Shown: piece after piece, positions 49,115-56,435 of the stretch
Layout: each line of letters begins with the position of its first letter
Numbering within the stretch: the stretch's first letter is position 1
Assembly: GCA_035384965.1 (NCBI GenBank)
Contig: DAOOJE010000013.1
Location: 13,531 to 77,530 of the forward strand
DNA length: 64,000 nt
Reading direction: 5' to 3'
DNA from: Thermoanaerobaculaceae bacterium
GTDB lineage: Bacteria; Acidobacteriota; Thermoanaerobaculia; Thermoanaerobaculales; Thermoanaerobaculaceae
The notes under the pieces: model-generated
What the model saw: only the letters and a program-made list of their open reading frames with translations
Database searches by the model: none
Told to the model about the DNA's origin: nothing
Program-made: the position numbers and the translations under genes

Positions 49115-49889
49115 CTACCCGGCGGGCTCGAGGAGACCGAAATCCGACTCGTAGCGTTCCGAGAGCGCGAAGAGACCGCTTCCGGCCCGGGGCAGCACCT
49201 CGAAGATCCCCCAGAACCCCGCCTCGCGGGGGTGGTCGAGCGTCACCTCGCGGCCCGTCGGCCCCCCGTCGATCGCGACCTCGACCAGGCGCGGGCGGGA
49301 GCGTCGGCGTGGCCTGCGCTTGGGCGCACTGTACCGTTTCTCGCTCGCGTGCCTGCGCCAAGCCGCTCGCCACCTCTCTCTCGCCGGCTCCGGCACCCGG
49401 CCGACGCCGTGCTCGACCGGAGCGTCCAACAGGCCGGTCACCTGCCCCGCCCCGATCGCGAATGACGCCGGCACGCCGGCGAAGAACTGCCCCAGCGGGT
49501 CGTCCAGATCCCCAGCCTGCGAGTGGATCCGCGATCGCACCGCGACCTTGACGTTCGAGGCCATCCGCAACGCTTCGAAAGTCTGCCGCGCAAGGATGAG
49601 CCGAACGGCGTTCTCGTGCCTTTTCGTGTCCCCCGCCGGCACGGTGTCCGTGCAGGTCAGCGGCGCCGGGTTCGCCTGCCGCACCAGCAGGTGAAACGAT
49701 GCGTTCGCCATCGTTGCATTGGGGTTGTGCACCCGCACGGTGGCGTCCCACACCGCCGGCGCCACCCCACGCTTCGCTCACCGACGGCGAGAACGCATCC
49801 GTCCTTGCAGACCCACCCGGCACCGGGATCGTCGCCAGCATCGCGATTCCCATCCCTCGCACCCCGTCGACGATCTGACCGTGCTTCAT
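49115..49889 (-). pseudogene. hypothetical protein gene interrupted by a +1 frameshift near 49750-49778
   Basis: ATG 49889 has AAGGAG 7 nt upstream. High-GC3 coding runs in one frame for ~40 codons (MKHGQIVDGVRGMGIAMLATIPVPGGSARTDAFSPSVSEAW). The coding signal then moves to the +1 frame (VAPAVWDATVRVHNPNATMANASFHLLVRQ...) through to TAG 49115. A GGGG run at the junction is a plausible indel site. Confidence 0.6.
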
Positions 49890-49956
49890 TCCCGACTCCT
49901 TTCGGTGTTTTCGGGAACGGCCTCGCCCTGCCTCACCTGATCTGCATGACCTGGCC

Positions 49957-49976
49957 GTGACCCCGCGGTGACCCCG
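49957..49976. repeat. direct repeat GTGACCCCG x2 with 11-nt period in the divergent intergenic region
   Basis: Exact 9-mers lie at 49957-49965 and 49968-49976, between the frameshifted gene and cyanophycinase. This could be a regulator binding site. Confidence 0.3.
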
Positions 49977-50107
49977 TTCGGGGATCCGTCAACGCGCCCC
50001 GACGGTCGAACGAAAGTCGTCCTCGACCACGACGACGTCCAAGTTCTTTTGGGTGGTGGGGCGGAGGAGGGTGGGAGGCAGCCATACCACGTGGGGGCGG
50101 GAGAGAA

Positions 50108-50147
50108 GACGCTCGACTGCCAACCGGGAGGGGAACGACGCTCGACT
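50108..50147. repeat. direct repeat GACGCTCGACT x2 (29-nt spacing) upstream of cyanophycinase
   Basis: Exact 11-mers lie at 50108-50118 and 50137-50147, 67-106 nt upstream of ATG 50214. This is a candidate operator or activator site. Confidence 0.3.
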
Positions 50148-50213
50148 CTCGACCGGCCGGGCGGGGAGCGGTGGTTGACGACCCCGGGGGGTCGCAGCCC
50201 ACAATGGGGGCGT

Positions 50214-51080
50214 ATGAGTCCCTCGCGTTCCGGCTCCCGGACCTCCCGCGGTTTCATCGTTCCCATCGGCGGCGCCGAGGACAAGCTGGCGGACCGCACG
50301 ATCCTGCGCCGCTTCGTCGAGCTGGCCGGTGGGCGCGACGCCCGCATCGCCATCGTCCCCACCGCCTCGGAACAACCCGATACCGGTGCCAACTACGAGA
50401 GGATCTTCCGCGACCTCGGCACCTGGTCCGCCCGGTCGCTGCCGATCGAGCAGCGCCTCGACTGCAGCCGCCCCTCGGTGCTCGAGGAGCTGGCCAGCGC
50501 CACCGGGATCTTCCTCACCGGCGGCAATCAGCTTCGCCTCACGACGACGCTCGGCGGCACCGAGGTCGCGCGACTGATCCGCCGCCGCAACGCCGCCGGG
50601 GTGGCGGTGGCCGGCACCTCGGCCGGCGCCTCGTTCATCTCCGAGCACATGATCGCGGGCGGCGACGAGGGAGGCACCCCGCGCGCCGGCATGGTGCGCC
50701 TGGCCGCGGGCCTGGGGCTGACCAACAAGGTCATCATCGACCAGCACTTCCGCCAGCGTGACCGGTTCGGGCGCTTGCTCGCGGCGCTCGCTTACAACCC
50801 GTTTCCGGTCGGACTCGGCCTCGACGAGGACACAGCCGCGTTCATCGGCCCCGACAACGTGCTCGAGGTCGTGGGGGAGGAGGCGGTGACCGTGGTCGAC
50901 GCGAGCCGACTCACCTTCAGCGCCATGGGGCGGGTGGCCGATGGTGAGCCGGTCTCGATGCTCAACGTCCGCGTCCACGTCCTGGTCGCGGGCGGTCGTT
51001 TCAACCTCGAGACCCGCGAGGCCTTCGCGGAGGACGGGCCGCTGGCGTTCGGAGCCGAGGCGGCCGAGGAGGAACGCTGA
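50214..51080 (+). CDS. cphB: cyanophycinase (S51 peptidase), intracellular type (no signal peptide)
   Basis: ATG 50214 gives [24 protein letters not shown]. Motifs: IFLTGGNQ, AGTSAGAS (nucleophile Ser) and IIDQHF.QR.RFGRL. The track ORF 49968..51080 is over-extended. Confidence 0.88.
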   Translation: MSPSRSGSRTSRGFIVPIGGAEDKLADRTILRRFVELAGGRDARIAIVPTASEQPDTGANYERIFRDLGTWSARSLPIEQRLDCSRPSVLEELASATGIFLTGGNQLRLTTTLGGTEVARLIRRRNAAGVAVAGTSAGASFISEHMIAGGDEGGTPRAGMVRLAAGLGLTNKVIIDQHFRQRDRFGRLLAALAYNPFPVGLGLDEDTAAFIGPDNVLEVVGEEAVTVVDASRLTFSAMGRVADGEPVSMLNVRVHVLVAGGRFNLETREAFAEDGPLAFGAEAAEEER

Positions 51081-53917
51081 TGCGCGTGCTCGAACGCCGT
51101 GTCTACCGCGGTCCGAACCTGTACGCTCACTTCCCCGTGATCCGGCTCACCGTCGACCTGGGGGTGCTTGAGGACTACCCCTCGAACAAGATCCCGGGGT
51201 TTGCCGACAAGCTGCTGAAGCGGCTGCCGCGCCTGGACGAGCACGGCTGCTCGTACGAGGAGGAAGGCGGCTTCGTGCGGCGGCTGCGCGAGGGCACGTG
51301 GATCGGCCACGTCTGGGAGCACGTGGCGATCGAGCTGCAGAACATGGCGGGCGCCCACGTGTCGTTCGGCAAGACGCGCTCCACCGGGCGGCCGGGCGAG
51401 TACCACATCGTCTACGAGTACGAGGAAGCACACGTCGGCGAGCGCGCCGGCAGGCTGGCGCAGCTCCTCATCGAGAGCCTGCTGCCCAAGAAGCTGCGCG
51501 TGCAGGTCCGCCCGCCTCGCGGCGCGGAGCAGGAGGAAGAAGAGGAACTCGACTTCGACACCGAGCTCGAGGATCTGATTCGCTACGCCCAGAGGCGGCA
51601 GCTCGGCCCGTCCACGTTCTCGCTCGTGAAGGCGGCCGAGGCCCGCGGCATCCCGTGGTTCCGCCTCAACGACTACTCGCTCGTCCAGCTCGGGCACGGG
51701 CGCTACCAGAAGCGCATCCAGGCCACCGTGACGTCGGAGACGCGCCAGATCGCGGTCGAGATCGCCTCGGACAAGTCGCAGACCAACCGCATCCTGGCCG
51801 ACATCGGCCTGCCGGTGCCGCGGCAGGCGATCGTCTACTCGCTGCGCGAGGCGCTCGAGGCGGCCGAGGACATTGGCTACCCGGTCGTGATCAAGCCACT
51901 CGACGGCAACCACGGGCGCGGCGTGGCCGCCAACCTCACCGGCCCGGAGGAGGTCAAGACCGCCTATCCGACGGCGCGCGAGATCTCGCGCATCGTCGTG
52001 GTGGAGAAGTTCATCGAGGGGCTCGACCACCGCATGCTGGTGGTGGGCGGCCAGCTCATTGCCGTGGCGCGCCGCGAGCCCGGCAAGGTGGTGGGGGACG
52101 GGGTGCACACCGTGGCGCAGCTCGTCGACATCACCAACCAGGACCCTCGGCGCGGGATCGGCCATGAAAAGGTCCTGACGCGGCTGGCGCTCGACGAGCA
52201 GGCGCTGCGCATGCTCGCCGGCAAGGGCTACACCCCGGAAACCGTGCCGCCGGCCGGCGAGAGCGTGTACCTCCGCCTCACCGGCAACCTCTCCACCGGC
52301 GGCACCGCGACCGACGTAACCGACGTGGTGCACTACGACAACCGCGAGATGGCGATCCGCGCTGCCCAGGCGATCGGTCTCGACGTGGCCGGGATCGACT
52401 TCCTCTCCCCCGACATCACGAGGTCGTGGCGGGAGGTGGGCGGCGCGATCTGCGAGGTCAACGCCGCGCCCGGGTTCCGCATGCACGTGGCGCCCACCGA
52501 GGGACAGCCGCGCGACCCCGCGGGGCCGGTCATGGACATGCTCTTCCCGCCCGGTTCGCCGGCCGCAGTGCCGATCGCCGCCCTTACCGGCACCAACGGC
52601 AAGACCACCACCGCCCGCATGCTCGCTCATATCCACAAAATGGCCGGGCGGGTCGTGGGCCTCGCCACCACCGACGGGGTGTACATCGACGGCCAGCGCT
52701 CGGTGGAGGGCGACCTCACCGGCCCGACCGGCACGCAAATGGTGCTGCGCGACCCCACGGTGGACCTGGCGGTGCTCGAGGTGGCGCGCGGCGGGCTGCT
52801 GCGCTCGGGGATGGGCACCCGCTACTGCGACGTCGGCGCCGTGCTCAACGTCGCCGCCGACCACCTCGGCCTGGACGGCGTCAATACCGTCGAGGAGCTG
52901 GCGCGCGTCAAGCGGCTCGTGGTCGAGGTGGCGCGCGAGTGTGCGGTGCTCAACGCCGACGACCCCCTGGTGCTGGCCATGGCCGACTATACCCAGGCCA
53001 GGCAGATCATGTACGTGACCATGAACCCGAGCCACGAGCTGGTGCGCGAGCACATCCGCGCCGGCAAGTCGGCGGTGGTGCTCGAACGCGGCATCGCCGG
53101 CGACATGATCACGCTGTACGACAAGGGGCAGCACCTGCCGCTGGTGTGGACGCACCTCATCCCGGCCACGATGGAGGGGCGGGCGCTGTTCAACGTCCAG
53201 AACGCCATGTTCGCGGCCGGCATGGCATGGGCAATGGGCGTCAAGATCGAGGGGATCCGGCACGGGCTGCGCACCTTCGACACCACCTTCTTCCAGGCCC
53301 CCGGCCGGCTCAACGTGTACGAGGAGCACCCGTTCAAGGTCATCGTCGACTACGGGCACAACCCGCACGCGATCAGGGCGATGTGCGACCTCGTTCAGCG
53401 CCTCGAGGTGCCGGGACGGCGCCTCGTCGTGCTCACGATCCCCGGCGACCGCCGCGACGAGGATGCCCTCGAAGTCGCGCGCATCGCCGCGCCGCATTTC
53501 GACCACTTCGTCTTGCGGCGCGACGACAACTTGCGGCGGCGGGGTCCCGACGAGATCCCCCTGCTCCTCAAGCGGGGTCTGATCGAGGCCGGCGTGCCCG
53601 AGGAGCGGATGAGCGTGGTGCCCGACGAGCAGGAGGCCAACCTGGCGGCGCTGCGCATGGCGCGTCGGGGCGACCTGCTCGTCATCTTCGCCGAGAAGCT
53701 GACCCGCACCTGGAAGCAGGTCATCTACTTCCGCCCGGAAGGCGAAGCCGCGGTCAGGCCCGAGGCCGGCCGCGAGGCGCCGACCGCCCCGAGCCCGGTG
53801 CCGCCGCCGGGCGTCGTTGCCGAGCCGGTCGTTCCCTCCCTCACCCTGCCGGAGGGCGCCCGCCTCATCCGCGACGAGCGCGGGGTGCGGCTCGCGCGCG
53901 AGGACAGCGAGGACTGA
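51080..53917 (+). CDS. cphA: cyanophycin synthetase (N + ATP-grasp G + Mur-ligase M domains)
   Basis: 945 aa. ATG 51080 overlaps the cyanophycinase stop as TGATG. The start MRVLERRVYRGPNLYAHFPVIRL is typical of CphA. The ATP-grasp core shows YPVVIKPLDGNHGRGV and EVNAAPGF. The M domain shows GTNGKTTT, NVAADHLG, DYGHNPHA and PGDRRDED. Confidence 0.93.
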   Translation: MRVLERRVYRGPNLYAHFPVIRLTVDLGVLEDYPSNKIPGFADKLLKRLPRLDEHGCSYEEEGGFVRRLREGTWIGHVWEHVAIELQNMAGAHVSFGKTRSTGRPGEYHIVYEYEEAHVGERAGRLAQLLIESLLPKKLRVQVRPPRGAEQEEEEELDFDTELEDLIRYAQRRQLGPSTFSLVKAAEARGIPWFRLNDYSLVQLGHGRYQKRIQATVTSETRQIAVEIASDKSQTNRILADIGLPVPRQAIVYSLREALEAAEDIGYPVVIKPLDGNHGRGVAANLTGPEEVKTAYPTAREISRIVVVEKFIEGLDHRMLVVGGQLIAVARREPGKVVGDGVHTVAQLVDITNQDPRRGIGHEKVLTRLALDEQALRMLAGKGYTPETVPPAGESVYLRLTGNLSTGGTATDVTDVVHYDNREMAIRAAQAIGLDVAGIDFLSPDITRSWREVGGAICEVNAAPGFRMHVAPTEGQPRDPAGPVMDMLFPPGSPAAVPIAALTGTNGKTTTARMLAHIHKMAGRVVGLATTDGVYIDGQRSVEGDLTGPTGTQMVLRDPTVDLAVLEVARGGLLRSGMGTRYCDVGAVLNVAADHLGLDGVNTVEELARVKRLVVEVARECAVLNADDPLVLAMADYTQARQIMYVTMNPSHELVREHIRAGKSAVVLERGIAGDMITLYDKGQHLPLVWTHLIPATMEGRALFNVQNAMFAAGMAWAMGVKIEGIRHGLRTFDTTFFQAPGRLNVYEEHPFKVIVDYGHNPHAIRAMCDLVQRLEVPGRRLVVLTIPGDRRDEDALEVARIAAPHFDHFVLRRDDNLRRRGPDEIPLLLKRGLIEAGVPEERMSVVPDEQEANLAALRMARRGDLLVIFAEKLTRTWKQVIYFRPEGEAAVRPEAGREAPTAPSPVPPPGVVAEPVVPSLTLPEGARLIRDERGVRLAREDSED

Positions 53918-55548
53918 TGGAACTTCGCCTCTCGCGGCGCCTCACCGGCCCGTCCCTGTGGCTGGACGGGCCGGGCGCCGTCCTCGAGGTGTTCCTGGAG
54001 GACGGCGACGCGGACCCCGTGCCGGCGTGGCGCGAGGCGCTCAAGCGCGCCCACGCCACTCTCGGCTGGCCGCGGCGGGCGCACAGTCGTCGCTCCGGCG
54101 AGCGCCACCTCGCGCTCGCAATCGAGGCACCGTTCGACTGCTTGCTGTGTGCAACGTACGTGAACGAATGGGCTGCCGCCGGCGGTCCCGAGGACGAGCT
54201 GCCCGCCCTCGCGGCCCGTGCCGCCGAGGAGGTGGACCCCGCCGTCCGGGAAGCGGTGGCCGAGGCCGAGCGGCGCGGGGTGCCGTGGTTTCTCGACGCG
54301 GAAGGGTTGACGGTCGGGCTGGGCCGCGGCGCGGTCACGGTACCCCGCAGGACCGGAGCAGCCGGGGGAAGCGGCGGCCCGGCCGAAGGGTCCGGGGTGC
54401 GGGTCGTCGAACGTCACGACCTCATCCCGTGGGACGAGGTGAGTGCCGTGCCGTTGGTGCTCGTCACCGGCACCAACGGCAAGACCACGACGGTGCGGCT
54501 GCTCGCGCGGATGGCGCGCTGCGCTGGCCACACCGTGGGTGCCACCACCTCGGACGGGATCGCCATCGACGGCGCGCTCGTCGAGGCGGGGGACTGGACC
54601 GGGCCGGGGGGCGCCCGGCGGGTCCTGCGGGATCCCCGCGTGACATGGGCCGTGCTCGAGACGGCGCGCGGCGGCATGCTGCGGCGCGGGCTCGTGCTGC
54701 CGCGTGTCGACGCGGCTGCCGTCACCAACGTTACCGCCGACCATCTCGGCGCCCACGGCATCGACACCCTGGCCCAGCTCGCCGAGGTGAAGCTCATCGT
54801 CGGCAAGGCGGCGCGCCACCTCGTGCTCAACGCCGACGACCCGGAGCTGGCCGGACACGAGGCAGGTTCTTGGTTCTCGCTCGAGCACGAGGTCGAGGGC
54901 GCCTGGCTGGCCGGCGACGAACTCGTGTGCGGCACGCTGCACGTGCCGGCAGCGGAGGTGCCGGTCACGCTCGGGGGCGCCGCCCGCTACCACGTGGCCA
55001 ACGCTCTCGCCGCCATGGCGCTCGCGCGGGCCACAGGGCTCCCAGACGAGGCCATCGCCGCCGGGCTCCGCAGCCTCCGACCCACGCCCGAGGACAACCC
55101 GGCCCGCGCCAACCTGCTCGACCACCGGGGGGTTTTCATCTTCCTCGACTACGCCCACAACCCCGACGGGTTGCAGCAGACCATGGCGCTGTTGCGCCGC
55201 CTCGCCCCGGGACGGATCGTCGTCTCGCTGGGTCTGCCGGGCGACCGCGACGACGAGCAGATCCGCGCCTCGGCGCGAGTCCTGCTCGACGCAGCGCCCG
55301 CGCTCGTGATCGCGCGCGAGCTCGGGAGCCGCTATTTGCGCGGCCGCCGCCCCGGCGAGGTGCCCGGGCTCATCCGCCAGGCGCTGCTCGACGCTGGTCT
55401 GCCTCCGGAGCGGGTCGCCGAGGCGGCGAGCGAGCCCGAGGCGATGGAGCTGGCGATGCGGCAGGCCGCGCCCGGCGATCTCGTGGCGGTGCTGCCTCAC
55501 GTCGAGCGGGATGCCGTCCGCGCCTGGCTCGAGGGAGGGACGACCTGA
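53917..55548 (+). CDS. CphA paralogue lacking the ATP-grasp domain (CphA N-domain + Mur-ligase M domain only)
   Basis: ATG 53917 overlaps the cphA stop as TGATG; 543 aa. The N-terminus MELRLSRRLTGPSLWLDGPGAVLEV parallels the CphA start. AEAERRGVPWFLDAEGLTVGLGRG parallels the CphA G-domain entry. A Gly-rich linker follows, then a complete Mur-ligase module: GTNGKTTT, TTSDG, NVTADHLG, LNADDP, DYAHNP, GDRDDE. Confidence 0.85.
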   Translation: MELRLSRRLTGPSLWLDGPGAVLEVFLEDGDADPVPAWREALKRAHATLGWPRRAHSRRSGERHLALAIEAPFDCLLCATYVNEWAAAGGPEDELPALAARAAEEVDPAVREAVAEAERRGVPWFLDAEGLTVGLGRGAVTVPRRTGAAGGSGGPAEGSGVRVVERHDLIPWDEVSAVPLVLVTGTNGKTTTVRLLARMARCAGHTVGATTSDGIAIDGALVEAGDWTGPGGARRVLRDPRVTWAVLETARGGMLRRGLVLPRVDAAAVTNVTADHLGAHGIDTLAQLAEVKLIVGKAARHLVLNADDPELAGHEAGSWFSLEHEVEGAWLAGDELVCGTLHVPAAEVPVTLGGAARYHVANALAAMALARATGLPDEAIAAGLRSLRPTPEDNPARANLLDHRGVFIFLDYAHNPDGLQQTMALLRRLAPGRIVVSLGLPGDRDDEQIRASARVLLDAAPALVIARELGSRYLRGRRPGEVPGLIRQALLDAGLPPERVAEAASEPEAMELAMRQAAPGDLVAVLPHVERDAVRAWLEGGTT

Positions 55549-56435
55549 TGAACCCCGTTCCCGCGATCGAGTTCGCTCCCGTGCCGGCCCGTAGCGGCTG
55601 GACCAGAGTGCTTGGCGGGGCGCTCACGGTCGTGGTGCTGGCGGTGTCCGCCTTCGGCGTCCTCCTCGTCGTCTCGCGCCCTTCGATCGCCTACCGCATC
55701 TCGGGCGGCGTACTCGAAATTCAGGGCGGCGAGTCGTTTCTGGCCAGCCGTCGAGCCTATCCGCTCTCGAGCATCACCGGCTGGCGCGAGGTGCGGCTCG
55801 GGCGCGGCCGCCGCACCGCCGGGACCGGCATGCCGGGGCTGTGCGCCGGGTACTTCGCCTACGACAACGTGGGCAAGGTCTGGCAGGTCACCAACTGCAG
55901 CCGCGACGTGCTGCTGCTCGAGGTGGCCGGCGAGGACCGCCCCGTCCTCCTCACGCCGCCCGACCGCGCCGCCTTCCTCGCCGCGGTGCAGGACCGCCGA
56001 GACGGCGATTTCTCGCCGCCGCCCTACCGCCAGCCCGCGTGGTGGGTGCTGCTCAAGGTTTTTCTCGTGGCCGCCACCCTGCCGGTCGCGGTGTACGTGG
56101 GGGCGGCGTTCTTCCTGGCCTCGCGGCGGTTGCGCTACCGCGTCGGAGGCGGCGAGCTGGAGGTCGGGCTTTTGCTCCTGAGCAAGCGCTTCCCGCTCGC
56201 CGGTGTGCACGCTCGCCGCTATACCCCGAGCCGTGCCCTCAAGTGGGGCGGTACGGCCATGCCCGGCTATTACGCCGGCCGCTTTTCCGTCGACGGTGTG
56301 TCGACCCGGGTCTACGCCTCCGCCCTCCGGCAGGAGGGCGTCCTGCTCGAGGGCGAGCCGCGCCTGTTCCTCACCCCCGCCGACATCGACGGCTTTCTCA
56401 CCGCCCTGCGCGACAACGGCGCCCGCTTCGACTGA
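55548..56435 (+). CDS. membrane protein with two tandem TM + bacterial PH-like (bPH) modules
   Basis: ATG 55548 overlaps the upstream stop as TGATG; 295 aa. There is a clear internal duplication: RPSIAYRISGGVLEI...GTGMPGLCAGYFAY...VLLTPPDRAAFLAAVQD versus RRLRYRVGGGELEV...GTAMPGYYAGRFSV...LFLTPADIDGFLTALRD. Each copy follows a hydrophobic segment. Confidence 0.75.
   Translation: MNPVPAIEFAPVPARSGWTRVLGGALTVVVLAVSAFGVLLVVSRPSIAYRISGGVLEIQGGESFLASRRAYPLSSITGWREVRLGRGRRTAGTGMPGLCAGYFAYDNVGKVWQVTNCSRDVLLLEVAGEDRPVLLTPPDRAAFLAAVQDRRDGDFSPPPYRQPAWWVLLKVFLVAATLPVAVYVGAAFFLASRRLRYRVGGGELEVGLLLLSKRFPLAGVHARRYTPSRALKWGGTAMPGYYAGRFSVDGVSTRVYASALRQEGVLLEGEPRLFLTPADIDGFLTALRDNGARFD

Noticed and set aside
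49778-49780. In-frame TGA at the head of the downstream reading frame of the 49115-49889 gene, 2.5 kb from tRNA-Sec, as a possible selenocysteine codon.
   Set aside because: Upstream of this TGA the coding signal (GC3, SD-ATG) is in a different frame. In the TGA frame the upstream codons read MRSRRR with no support. A frameshift explains the data better than Sec decoding.
53917-55548. Calling the second synthetase-like gene cphA2.
   Set aside because: Described CphA2 enzymes retain the ATP-grasp G domain and have a reduced M domain. This protein shows the opposite pattern, so the name would mislead.
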